A stretch of DNA of 64,000 nucleotides from the NCBI RefSeq assembly GCF_009914755.1, contig NC_060939.1. One strand, 5' to 3'. The stretch comes from the human T2T-CHM13v2.0 reference genome, Homo sapiens. Position numbers and translations under genes: made by a program. Below, piece by piece: positions 1 to 11,000 of the stretch. Each line of letters opens with the position of its first letter. Position 1 is the first letter of the stretch. The notes below the pieces were generated by a model. It made no database searches. It saw only the letters and a list, made by a program, of their open reading frames with translations, and was not told where the DNA came from.

Positions 1-670
1 CAAGTCCATTACATTTGGTTAAATTCCATTCCATTCGGTTCAATTCCATTCCATTCCATTCCCTTCCATTCCATTCCAGTTGATATCAATCCATTCGATT
101 CCATTCCATTCGAGCACATTCCATTCGAGTCCATTCCATTCGATGCCATTCCATTTGATTCTATTCCATTAGTCTCCATTCAATTCCATTAATCTCCATT
201 CCATTCCATTCTACTCCAACTGATTCCATTCCATTCTATTCCTTTTTATTCCATTCCATTCCATTCCATTCCATTCCATTCCATTCGTGTCCATTCCACT
301 CCAGTCCATTCCATTCGTATCCATTCCATTCCAGTCCATTCCATTTGTGTCCACTGCATTCCATTCCACTCCATTCCATATTATTCCATTACACTCCATT
401 CCATTCTATTACTTTCATTTCCATTCAATTCCATTCCATTTGATTCCATTCCACTCGGTTTCATTCTATTTGAGTCCACTCCATTCCATTCCATTCCATT
501 CAGTTCCATTCCATTCTGTTCCATTCCATTCCGTTCCATTACATTGCATTCCATTCGGTACCATGCCATATTGTTCCATTCGATTCCATTCGAATCCATT
601 CCATTCCAGTCCATTCCATTCGATTCCATTCCATTCATTTCAATTCCATTCCATTCCATTCCATTACATT

Positions 671-990
671 CCACTTGATTCCTCTCCATTCCCTTCCACT
701 GCATTCCGTTCGATTCCATTCCATTGCATTGCATTCCATTCCATTGGATTGCATTCCATTCGATTCCATTCCATTCGAATCAATTACATAGCAATCCATT
801 ACATTCGAGTCTATTCTCTTCCGTTCCATTCGATTTCGTTCCAATCCATTCGATTCCATTCCATTCGATTCCATTCCATACTATTGCATTCCATTCGATT
901 ACATTATATTCGAATAAGTTCCATTCAAGACCATTTCTTTTGAGTCCATTCTATTTGAGTCCATTCCCTTTGATTCCATAACATTTGAGT
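671..990 (+). repeat. Internal subunit homology, copy 1 (paralogous to ~1498-1818)
   Basis: ccacttgattcc (671) vs ccactcgattcc (1498); cgaatcaattacatagcaatccattac (776) vs cgaatcaattacattgcaatccattac (1604); agaccatttcttttgagtccattctat vs agaccattgcttttgagtccattctat. The offset stays at 827-828 bp. Confidence 0.9.
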
Positions 991-1497
991 CCATTCAATT
1001 CCATTCCTTTCGTTTCCATTCCATTTGATGCCATTCCATTCAATTCTGTTCTACTCGACTCCAATACATTCAATTCCATTCCATCCGATTCCATTACATT
1101 CTTTTCATTTCTTATCCATTTCAAGCCATTCCACTCCATTCCATTCCACTCGTTTCCTTTCCATTCGAGTCCATTCCTCTCCAGTCCATTCCGTTCAATC
1201 CATTCCATTCCAGTCCATTCCATTCGAGTCCGTTCCATTCCAGTCCATTCCATTCGAGTCAATTCCATTCCATTCGATGTCTTTCCATAACGATCCATTC
1301 CATTCTATTCCTTTCGATTCCATTCCATTCTATTTCATTCCATTCGATTCCCTTCCATTGGACTCCTTTCCATTCGAGTGCATTCCATTCCGTTCCATTT
1401 CTTTCCGTTCTGTACGATTCCTACCGTTCGATTTCATTTTCTTCCAGTCCATTCTTTCGCGTCCATTCCATTCCATTTCACTCCATTCGATTCCATT

Positions 1498-1818
1498 CCA
1501 CTCGATTCCACTTCGTTCCATTTCATTGCATTCCATTCTATTCAACTCTATTGCCTTCCATTCCATTCCATTCGATTACATTCCATGCGATTCCATTCGA
1601 AATCGAATCAATTACATTGCAATCCATTACTATTGAGTCCGTTTTATTCCAGTCCACTGCATTCTGGTCCATTCCATTTGATTCCATTCCATTCTATTCC
1701 ATTCCATACAGTTGCATTTCATTGGATTCCATGCTATATCTATAAATTCAATTCGAGACCATTGCTTTTGAGTCCATTCTATATGATTCCATTCCATTCA
1801 AGTCCATTACATTTGGTT
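1498..1818 (+). repeat. Internal subunit homology, copy 2 (paralogous to ~671-990)
   Basis: Shares collinear non-pentamer words with 671-990 at +827/828 bp. The pair recurs in every unit. Confidence 0.9.
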
Positions 1819-2054
1819 CAATTCCATTCCATTCGGTTCAATTCCATTCCATTCCATTCCCTTCCATTCCATTCCAGTTGATATCAATCCATTCGATTCC
1901 ATTCCATTCGAGCACATTCCATTCGAGTCCATTCCATTCGATGCCATTCCATTTGATTCTATTCCATTAGTCTCCATTCAATTCCATTAATCTCCATTCC
2001 ATTCCATTCTACTCCAACTGATTCCATTCCATTCTATTCCTTTCCATTCCATTT

Positions 2055-2099
2055 CATTCCATTCCATTCCATTCCATTCCATTCCATTCCATTCCATTC
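2055..2099 (+). repeat. Length-variable pure (CATTC)n tract present once per unit
   Basis: 9 perfect copies here, 11 at 34469-34523 and 5 at 56049-56073. It always lies immediately before CGTGTCC or its variant. Confidence 0.9.
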
Positions 2100-5000
2100 G
2101 TGTCCATTCCACTCCAGTCCATTCCATTCGTATCCATTCCATTCCAGTCCATTCCATTTGTGTCCACTGCATTCCATTCCACTCCATTCCATATTATTCC
2201 ATTACACTCCATTCCATTCTATTACTTTCATTTCCATTCAATTCCATTCCATTTGATTCCATTCCACTCGGTTTCATTCCATTTGAGTCCACTCCATTCC
2301 ATTCCATTCCATTCAGTTCCATTCCATTCTGTTCCATTCCATTCCGTTCCATTACATTCCATTCCATTCGGTACCATTCCATATTGTTCCATTCGATTCC
2401 ATTCGAATCCATTCCATTCCAGTCCATTCCATTCGATTCCATTCCATTCATTTCAATTCCATTCCATTCCATTCCATTACATTCCACTTGATTCCTCTCC
2501 ATTCCCTTCCACTGCATTCCGTTCGATTCCATTCCATTGCATTGCATTCCATTCCATTGGATTGCATTCCATTCGATTCCATTCCATTCGAATCAATTAC
2601 ATAGCAATCCATTACATTCGAGTCTATTCTCTTCCGTTCCATTCGATTTCGTTCCAATCCATTCGATTCCATTCCATTCGATTCCATTCCATACTATTGC
2701 ATTCCATTCGATTACATTATATTCGAATAAGTTCCATTCAAGACCATTTCTTTTGAGTCCATTCTATTTGAGTCCATTCCCTTTGATTCCATAACATTTG
2801 AGTCCATTCAATTCCATTCCTTTCGTTTCCATTCCATTTGATGCCATTCCATTCAATTCTGTTCTACTCGACTCCAATACATTCAATTCCATTCCATCCG
2901 ATTCCATTACATTCTTTTCATTTCTTATCCATTTCAAGCCATTCCACTCCATTCCATTCCACTCGTTTCCTTTCCATTCGAGTCCATTCCTCTCCAGTCC
3001 ATTCCGTTCAATCCATTCCATTCCAGTCCATTCCATTCGAGTCCGTTCCATTCCAGTCCATTCCATTCGAGTCAATTCAATTCCATTCGATGTCTTTCCA
3101 TAACGATCCATTCCATTCTATTCCTTTCGATTCCATTCCATTCTATTTCATTCCATTCGATTCCCTTCCATTGGACTCCTTTCCATTCGAGTGCATTCCA
3201 TTCCGTTCCATTTCTTTCCGTTCTGTACGATTCCTACCGTTCGATTTCATTTTGTTCCAGTCCATTCTTTCGCGTCCATTCATTCCATTTCACTCCATTC
3301 GATTCCATTCCACTCGATTCCACTTCGTTCCATTTCATTGCATTCCATTCTATTCAACTCTATTGCCTTCCATTCCATTCCATTCGATTACATTCCATGC
3401 GATTCCATTCAAAATCGAATCAATTACATTGCAATCCATTACTATTGAGTCCGTTTTATTCCAGTCCACTGCATTCTGGTCCATTCCATTTGATTCCATT
3501 CCATTCTATTCCATTCCATACAGTTGCATTCCATTGGATTCCATGCTATATCTATAAATTCAATTCGAGACCATTGCTTTTGAGTCCATTCTATATGATT
3601 CCATTCCATTCAAGTCCATTACATTTGGTTCAATTCCATTCCATTCGGTTCAATTCCATTCCATTCCATTCCCTTCCATTCCATTCCAGTTGATATCAAT
3701 CCATTCGATTCCATTCCATTCGAGCACATTCCATTCGAGTCCATTCCATTCGATGCCATTCCATTTGATTCTATTCCATTAGTCTCCATTCAATTCCATT
3801 AATCTCCATTCCATTCCATTCTACTCCAACTGATTCCATTCCATTCTATTCCTTTCCATTCCATTTCATTCCATTCCATTCCATTCCATTCCATTCCATT
3901 CCATTCCATTCGTGTCCATTCCACTCCAGTCCATTCCATTCGTATCCATTCCATTCCAGTCCATTCCATTTGTGTCCACTGCATTCCATTCCACTCCATT
4001 CCATATTATTCCATTACACTCCATTCCATTCTATTACTTTCATTTCCATTCAATTCCATTCCATTTGATTCCATTCCACTCGGTTTCATTCCATTTGAGT
4101 CCACTCCATTCCATTCCATTCCATTCAGTTCCATTCCATTCTGTTCCATTCCATTCCGTTCCATTACATTCCATTCCATTCGGTACCATTCCATATTGTT
4201 CCATTCGATTCCATTCGAATCCATTCCATTCCAGTCCATTCCATTCGATTCCATTCCATTCATTTCAATTCCATTCCATTCCATTCCATTACATTCCACT
4301 TGATTCCTCTCCATTCCCTTCCACTGCATTCCGTTCGATTCCATTCCATTGCATTGCATTCCATTCCATTGGATTGCATTCCATTCGATTCCATTCCATT
4401 CGAATCAATTACATAGCAATCCATTACATTCGAGTCTATTCTCTTCCGTTCCATTCGATTTCGTTCCAATCCATTCGATTCCATTCCATTCGATTCCATT
4501 CCATACTATTGCATTCCATTCGATTACATTATATTCGAATAAGTTCCATTCAAGACCATTTCTTTTGAGTCCATTCTATTTGAGTCCATTCCCTTTGATT
4601 CCATAACATTTGAGTCCATTCAATTCCATTCCTTTCGTTTCCATTCCATTTGATGCCATTCCATTCAATTCTGTTCTACTCGACTCCAATACATTCAATT
4701 CCATTCCATCCGATTCCATTACATTCTTTTCATTTCTTATCCATTTCAAGCCATTCCACTCCATTCCATTCCACTCGTTTCCTTTCCATTCGAGTCCATT
4801 CCTCTCCAGTCCATTCCGTTCAATCCATTCCATTCCAGTCCATTCCATTCGAGTCCGTTCCATTCCAGTCCATTCCATTCGAGTCAATTCCATTCCATTC
4901 GATGTCTTTCCATAACGATCCATTCCATTCTATTCCTTTCGATTCCATTCCATTCTATTTCATTCCATTCGATTCCCTTCCATTGGACTCCTTTCCATTC

Positions 5001-8000
5001 GAGTGCATTCCATTCCGTTCCATTTCTTTCCGTTCTGTACGATTCCTACCGTTCGATTTCATTTTCTTCCAGTCCATTCTTTCGCGTCCATTCCATTCCA
5101 TTTCACTCCATTCGATTCCATTCCACTCGATTCCACTTCGTTCCATTTCATTGCATTCCATTCTATTCAACTCTATTGCCTTCCATTCCATTCCATTCGA
5201 TTACATTCCATGCGATTCCATTCGAAATCGAATCAATTACATTGCAATCCATTACTATTGAGTCCGTTTTATTCCAGTCCACTGCATTCTGGTCCATTCC
5301 ATTTGATTCCATTCCATTCTATTCCATTCCATACAGTTGCATTTCATTGGATTCCATGCTATATCTATAAATTCAATTCGAGACCATTGCTTTTGAGTCC
5401 ATTCTATATGATTCCATTCCATTCAAGTCCATTACATTTGGTTCAATTCCATTCCATTCGGTTCAATTCCATTCCATTCCATTCCCTTCCATTCCATTCC
5501 AGTTGATATCAATCCATTCGATTCCATTCCATTCGAGCACATTCCATTCGAGTCCATTCCATTCGATGCCATTCCATTTGATTCTATTCCATTAGTCTCC
5601 ATTCAATTCCATTAATCTCCATTCCATTCCATTCTACTCCAACTGATTCCATTCCATTCTATTCCTTTCCATTCCATTTCATTCCATTCCATTCCATTCC
5701 ATTCCATTCCATTCCATTCCATTCGTGTCCATTCCACTCCAGTCCATTCCATTCGTATCCATTCCATTCCAGTCCATTCCATTTGTGTCCACTGCATTCC
5801 ATTCCACTCCATTCCATATTATTCCATTACACTCCATTCCATTCTATTACTTTCATTTCCATTCAATTCCATTCCATTTGATTCCATTCCACTCGGTTTC
5901 ATTCCATTTGAGTCCACTCCATTCCATTCCATTCCATTCAGTTCCATTCCATTCTGTTCCATTCCATTCCGTTCCATTACATTCCATTCCATTCGGTACC
6001 ATTCCATATTGTTCCATTCGATTCCATTCGAATCCATTCCATTCCAGTCCATTCCATTCGATTCCATTCCATTCATTTCAATTCCATTCCATTCCATTCC
6101 ATTACATTCCACTTGATTCCTCTCCATTCCCTTCCACTGCATTCCGTTCGATTCCATTCCATTGCATTGCATTCCATTCCATTGGATTGCATTCCATTCG
6201 ATTCCATTCCATTCGAATCAATTACATAGCAATCCATTACATTCGAGTCTATTCTCTTCCGTTCCATTCGATTTCGTTCCAATCCATTCGATTCCATTCC
6301 ATTCGATTCCATTCCATACTATTGCATTCCATTCGATTACATTATATTCGAATAAGTTCCATTCAAGACCATTTCTTTTGAGTCCATTCTATTTGAGTCC
6401 ATTCCCTTTGATTCCATAACATTTGAGTCCATTCAATTCCATTCCTTTCGTTTCCATTCCATTTGATGCCATTCCATTCAATTCTGTTCTACTCGACTCC
6501 AATACATTCAATTCCATTCCATCCGATTCCATTACATTCTTTTCATTTCTTATCCATTTCAAGCCATTCCACTCCATTCCATTCCACTCGTTTCCTTTCC
6601 ATTCGAGTCCATTCCTCTCCAGTCCATTCCGTTCAATCCATTCCATTCCAGTCCATTCCATTCGAGTCCGTTCCATTCCAGTCCATTCCATTCGAGTCAA
6701 TTCCATTCCATTCGATGTCTTTCCATAACGATCCATTCCATTCTATTCCTTTCGATTCCATTCCATTCTATTTCATTCCATTCGATTCCCTTCCATTGGA
6801 CTCCTTTCCATTCGAGTGCATTCCATTCCGTTCCATTTCTTTCCGTTCTGTACGATTCCTACCGTTCGATTTCATTTTTTTCCAGTCCATTCTTTCGCGT
6901 CCATTCCATTCCATTTCACTCCATTCGATTCCATTCCACTCGATTCCACTTCGTTCCATTTCATTGCATTCCATTCTATTCAACTCTATTGCCTTCCATT
7001 CCATTCCATTCGATTACATTCCATGCGATTCCATTCGAAATCGAATCAATTACATTGCAATTCATTACTATTGAGTCCGTTTTATTCCAGTCCACTGCAT
7101 TCTGGTCCATTCCATTTGATTCCATTCCATTCTATTCCATTCCATACAGTTGCATTCCATTGGATTCCATGCTATATCTATAAATTCAATTCGAGACCAT
7201 TGCTTTTGAGTCCATTCTATATGATTCCATTCCATTCAAGTCCATTACATTTGGTTAAATTCCATTCCATTCGGTTCAATTCCATTCCATTCCATTCCCT
7301 TCCATTCCATTCCAGTTGATATCAATCCATTCGATTCCATTCCATTCGAGCACATTCCATTCGAGTCCATTCCATTCGATGCCATTCCATTTGATTCTAT
7401 TCCATTAGTCTCCATTCAATTCCATTAATCTCCATTCCATTCCATTCTACTCCAACTGATTCCATTCCATTCTATTCCTTTCCATTCCATTTCATTCCAT
7501 TCCATTCCATTCCATTCCATTCCATTCCATTCGTGTCCATTCCACTCCAGTCCATTCCATTCGTATCCATTCCATTCCAGTCCATTCCATTTGTGTCCAC
7601 TGCATTCCATTCCACTCCATTCCATATTATTCCATTACACTCCATTCCATTCTATTACTTTCATTTCCATTCAATTCCATTCCATTTGATTCCATTCCAC
7701 TCGGTTTCATTCCATTTGAGTCCACTCCATTCCATTCCATTCCATTCAGTTCCATTCCATTCTGTTCCATTCCATTCCGTTCCATTACATTCCATTCCAT
7801 TCGGTACCATTCCATATTGTTCCATTCGATTCCATTCGAATCCATTCCATTCCAGTCCATTCCATTCGATTCCATTCCATTCATTTCAATTCCATTCCAT
7901 TCCATTCCATTACATTCCACTTGATTCCTCTCCATTCCCTTCCACTGCATTCCGTTCGATTCCATTCCATTGCATTGCATTCCATTCCATTGGATTGCAT

Positions 8001-11000
8001 TCCATTCGATTCCATTCCATTCGAATCAATTACATAGCAATCCATTACATTCGAGTCTATTCTCTTCCGTTCCATTCGATTTCGTTCCAATCCATTCGAT
8101 TCCATTCCATTCGATTCCATTCCATACTATTGCATTCCATTCGATTACATTATATTCGAATAAGTTCCATTCAAGACCATTTCTTTTGAGTCCATTCTAT
8201 TTGAGTCCATTCCCTTTGATTCCATAACATTTGAGTCCATTCAATTCCATTCCTTTCGTTTCCATTCCATTTGATGCCATTCCATTCAATTCTGTTCTAC
8301 TCGACTCCAATACATTCAATTCCATTCCATCCGATTCCATTACATTCTTTTCATTTCTTATCCATTTCAAGCCATTCCACTCCATTCCATTCCACTCGTT
8401 TCCTTTCCATTCGAGTCCATTCCTCTCCAGTCCATTCCGTTCAATCCATTCCATTCCAGTCCATTCCATTCGAGTCCGTTCCATTCCAGTCCATTCCATT
8501 CGAGTCAATTCCATTCCATTCGATGTCTTTCCATAACGATCCATTCCATTCTATTCCTTTCGATTCCATTCCATTCTATTTCATTCCATTCGATTCCCTT
8601 CCATTGGACTCCTTTCCATTCGAGTGCATTCCATTCCGTTCCATTTCTTTCCGTTCTGTACGATTCCTACCGTTCGATTTCATTTTTTTCCAGTCCATTC
8701 TTTCGCGTCCATTCCATTCCATTTCACTCCATTCGATTCCATTCCACTCGATTCCACTTCGTTCCATTTCATTGCATTCCATTCTATTCAACTCTATTGC
8801 CTTCCATTCCATTCCATTCGATTACATTCCATGCGATTCCATTCGAAATCGAATCAATTACATTGCAATTCATTACTATTGAGTCCGTTTTATTCCAGTC
8901 CACTGCATTCTGGTCCATTCCATTTGATTCCATTCCATTCTATTCCATTCCATACAGTTGCATTCCATTGGATTCCATGCTATATCTATAAATTCAATTC
9001 GAGACCATTGTTTTTGAGTCCATTCTATATGATTCCATTCCATTCAAGTCCATTACATTTGGTTAAATTCCATTCCATTCGGTTCAATTCCATTCCATTC
9101 CATTCCCTTCCATTCCATTCCAGTTGATATCAATCCATTCGATTCCATTCCATTCGAGCACATTCCATTCGAGTCCATTCCATTCGATGCCATTCCATTT
9201 GATTCTATTCCATTAGTCTCCATTCAATTCCATTAATCTCCATTCCATTCCATTCTACTCCAACTGATTCCATTCCATTCTATTCCTTTCCATTCCATTT
9301 CATTCCATTCCATTCCATTCCATTCCATTCCATTCCATTCCATTCGTGTCCATTCCACTCCAGTCCATTCCATTCGTATCCATTCCATTCCAGTCCATTC
9401 CATTTGTGTCCACTGCATTCCATTCCACTCCATTCCATATTATTCCATTACACTCCATTCCATTCTATTACTTTCATTTCCATTCAATTCCATTCCATTT
9501 GATTCCATTCCACTCGGTTTCATTCCATTTGAGTCCACTCCATTCCATTCCATTCCATTCAGTTCCATTCCATTCTGTTCCATTCCATTCCGTTCCATTA
9601 CATTCCATTCCATTCGGTACCATTCCATATTGTTCCATTCGATTCCATTCGAATCCATTCCATTCCAGTCCATTCCATTCGATTCCATTCCATTCATTTC
9701 AATTCCATTCCATTCCATTCCATTACATTCCACTTGATTCCTCTCCATTCCCTTCCACTGCATTCCGTTCGATTCCATTCCATTGCATTGCATTCCATTC
9801 CATTGGATTGCATTCCATTCGATTCCATTCCATTCGAATCAATTACATAGCAATCCATTACATTCGAGTCTATTCTCTTCCGTTCCATTCGATTTCGTTC
9901 CAATCCATTCGATTCCATTCCATTCGATTCCATTCCATACTATTGCATTCCATTCGATTACATTATATTCGAATAAGTTCCATTCAAGACCATTTCTTTT
10001 GAGTCCATTCTATTTGAGTCCATTCCCTTTGATTCCATAACATTTGAGTCCATTCAATTCCATTCCTTTCGTTTCCATTCCATTTGATGCCATTCCATTC
10101 AATTCTGTTCTACTCGACTCCAATACATTCAATTCCATTCCATCCGATTCCATTACATTCTTTTCATTTCTTATCCATTTCAAGCCATTCCACTCCATTC
10201 CATTCCACTCGTTTCCTTTCCATTCGAGTCCATTCCTCTCCAGTCCATTCCGTTCAATCCATTCCATTCCAGTCCATTCCATTCGAGTCCGTTCCATTCC
10301 AGTCCATTCCATTCGAGTCAATTCCATTCCATTCGATGTCTTTCCATAACGATCCATTCCATTCTATTCCTTTCGATTCCATTCCATTCTATTTCATTCC
10401 ATTCGATTCCCTTCCATTGGACTCCTTTCCATTCGAGTGCATTCCATTCCGTTCCATTTCTTTCCGTTCTGTACGATTCCTACCGTTCGATTTCATTTTC
10501 TTCCAGTCCATTCTTTCGCGTCCATTCCATTCCATTTCACTCCATTCGATTCCATTCCACTCGATTCCACTTCGTTCCATTTCATTGCATTCCATTCTAT
10601 TCAACTCTATTGCCTTCCATTCCATTCCATTCGATTACATTCCATGCGACTCCATTCGAAATCGAATCAATTACATTGCAATCCATTACTATTGAGTCCG
10701 TTTTATTCCAGTCCACTGCATTCTGGTCCATTCCATTTGATTCCATTCCATTCTATTCCATTCCATACAGTTGCATTCCATTGGATTCCATGCTACATCT
10801 ATAAATTCAATTCGAGACCATTGCTTTTGAGTCCATTCTATATGATTCCATTCCATTCAAGTCCATTACATTTGGTTAAATTCCATTCCATTCGGTTCAA
10901 TTCCATTCCATTCCATTCCCTTCCATTCCATTCCAATTGATATCAATCCATTCGATTCCATTCCATTCGAGCACATTCCATTCGAGTCCATTCCATTCGA

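Larger units (their letters stand above)
557..2369 (+). repeat. Representative 1813 bp KpnI-to-KpnI monomer (common type A)
   Basis: GGTACC at 557-562 and again at 2370-2375. It contains landmarks seen once per unit: CGCG (~1458), TATAAA (1741), GATATC (~1880), CGTGTCC (~2099). Confidence 0.95.

Noticed and set aside
585-600. Possible heat-shock elements around ttcgaa
   Set aside because: The nGAAn units are in direct tandem orientation. I found no canonical three-unit inverted nGAAnnTTCnnGAAn, so no discrete HSE is annotated.
1600-1610. AAATCGAATCA, one mismatch from a DUX4-type TAAYBBAATCA motif
   Set aside because: The mismatch falls in the TAAT core, DUX4 satellite binding is established for HSATII rather than this family, and a chance match is likely.
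1741-1746. TATAAA (TATA-box-like) once per unit in 'ctatatctataaattc'
   Set aside because: It is a single hexamer with no supporting promoter context. The paralogous subunit position reads 'gaataagttcc', so the motif is not conserved between subunits. It cannot be called without TSS data.
1700-5500. Possible dimer (3625 bp) HOR from the gcatTtcattgg allele shared by units 1 and 3
   Set aside because: The allele also occurs in units 12, 25 and 28, and units 2 and 4 do not match each other, so the evidence is insufficient.
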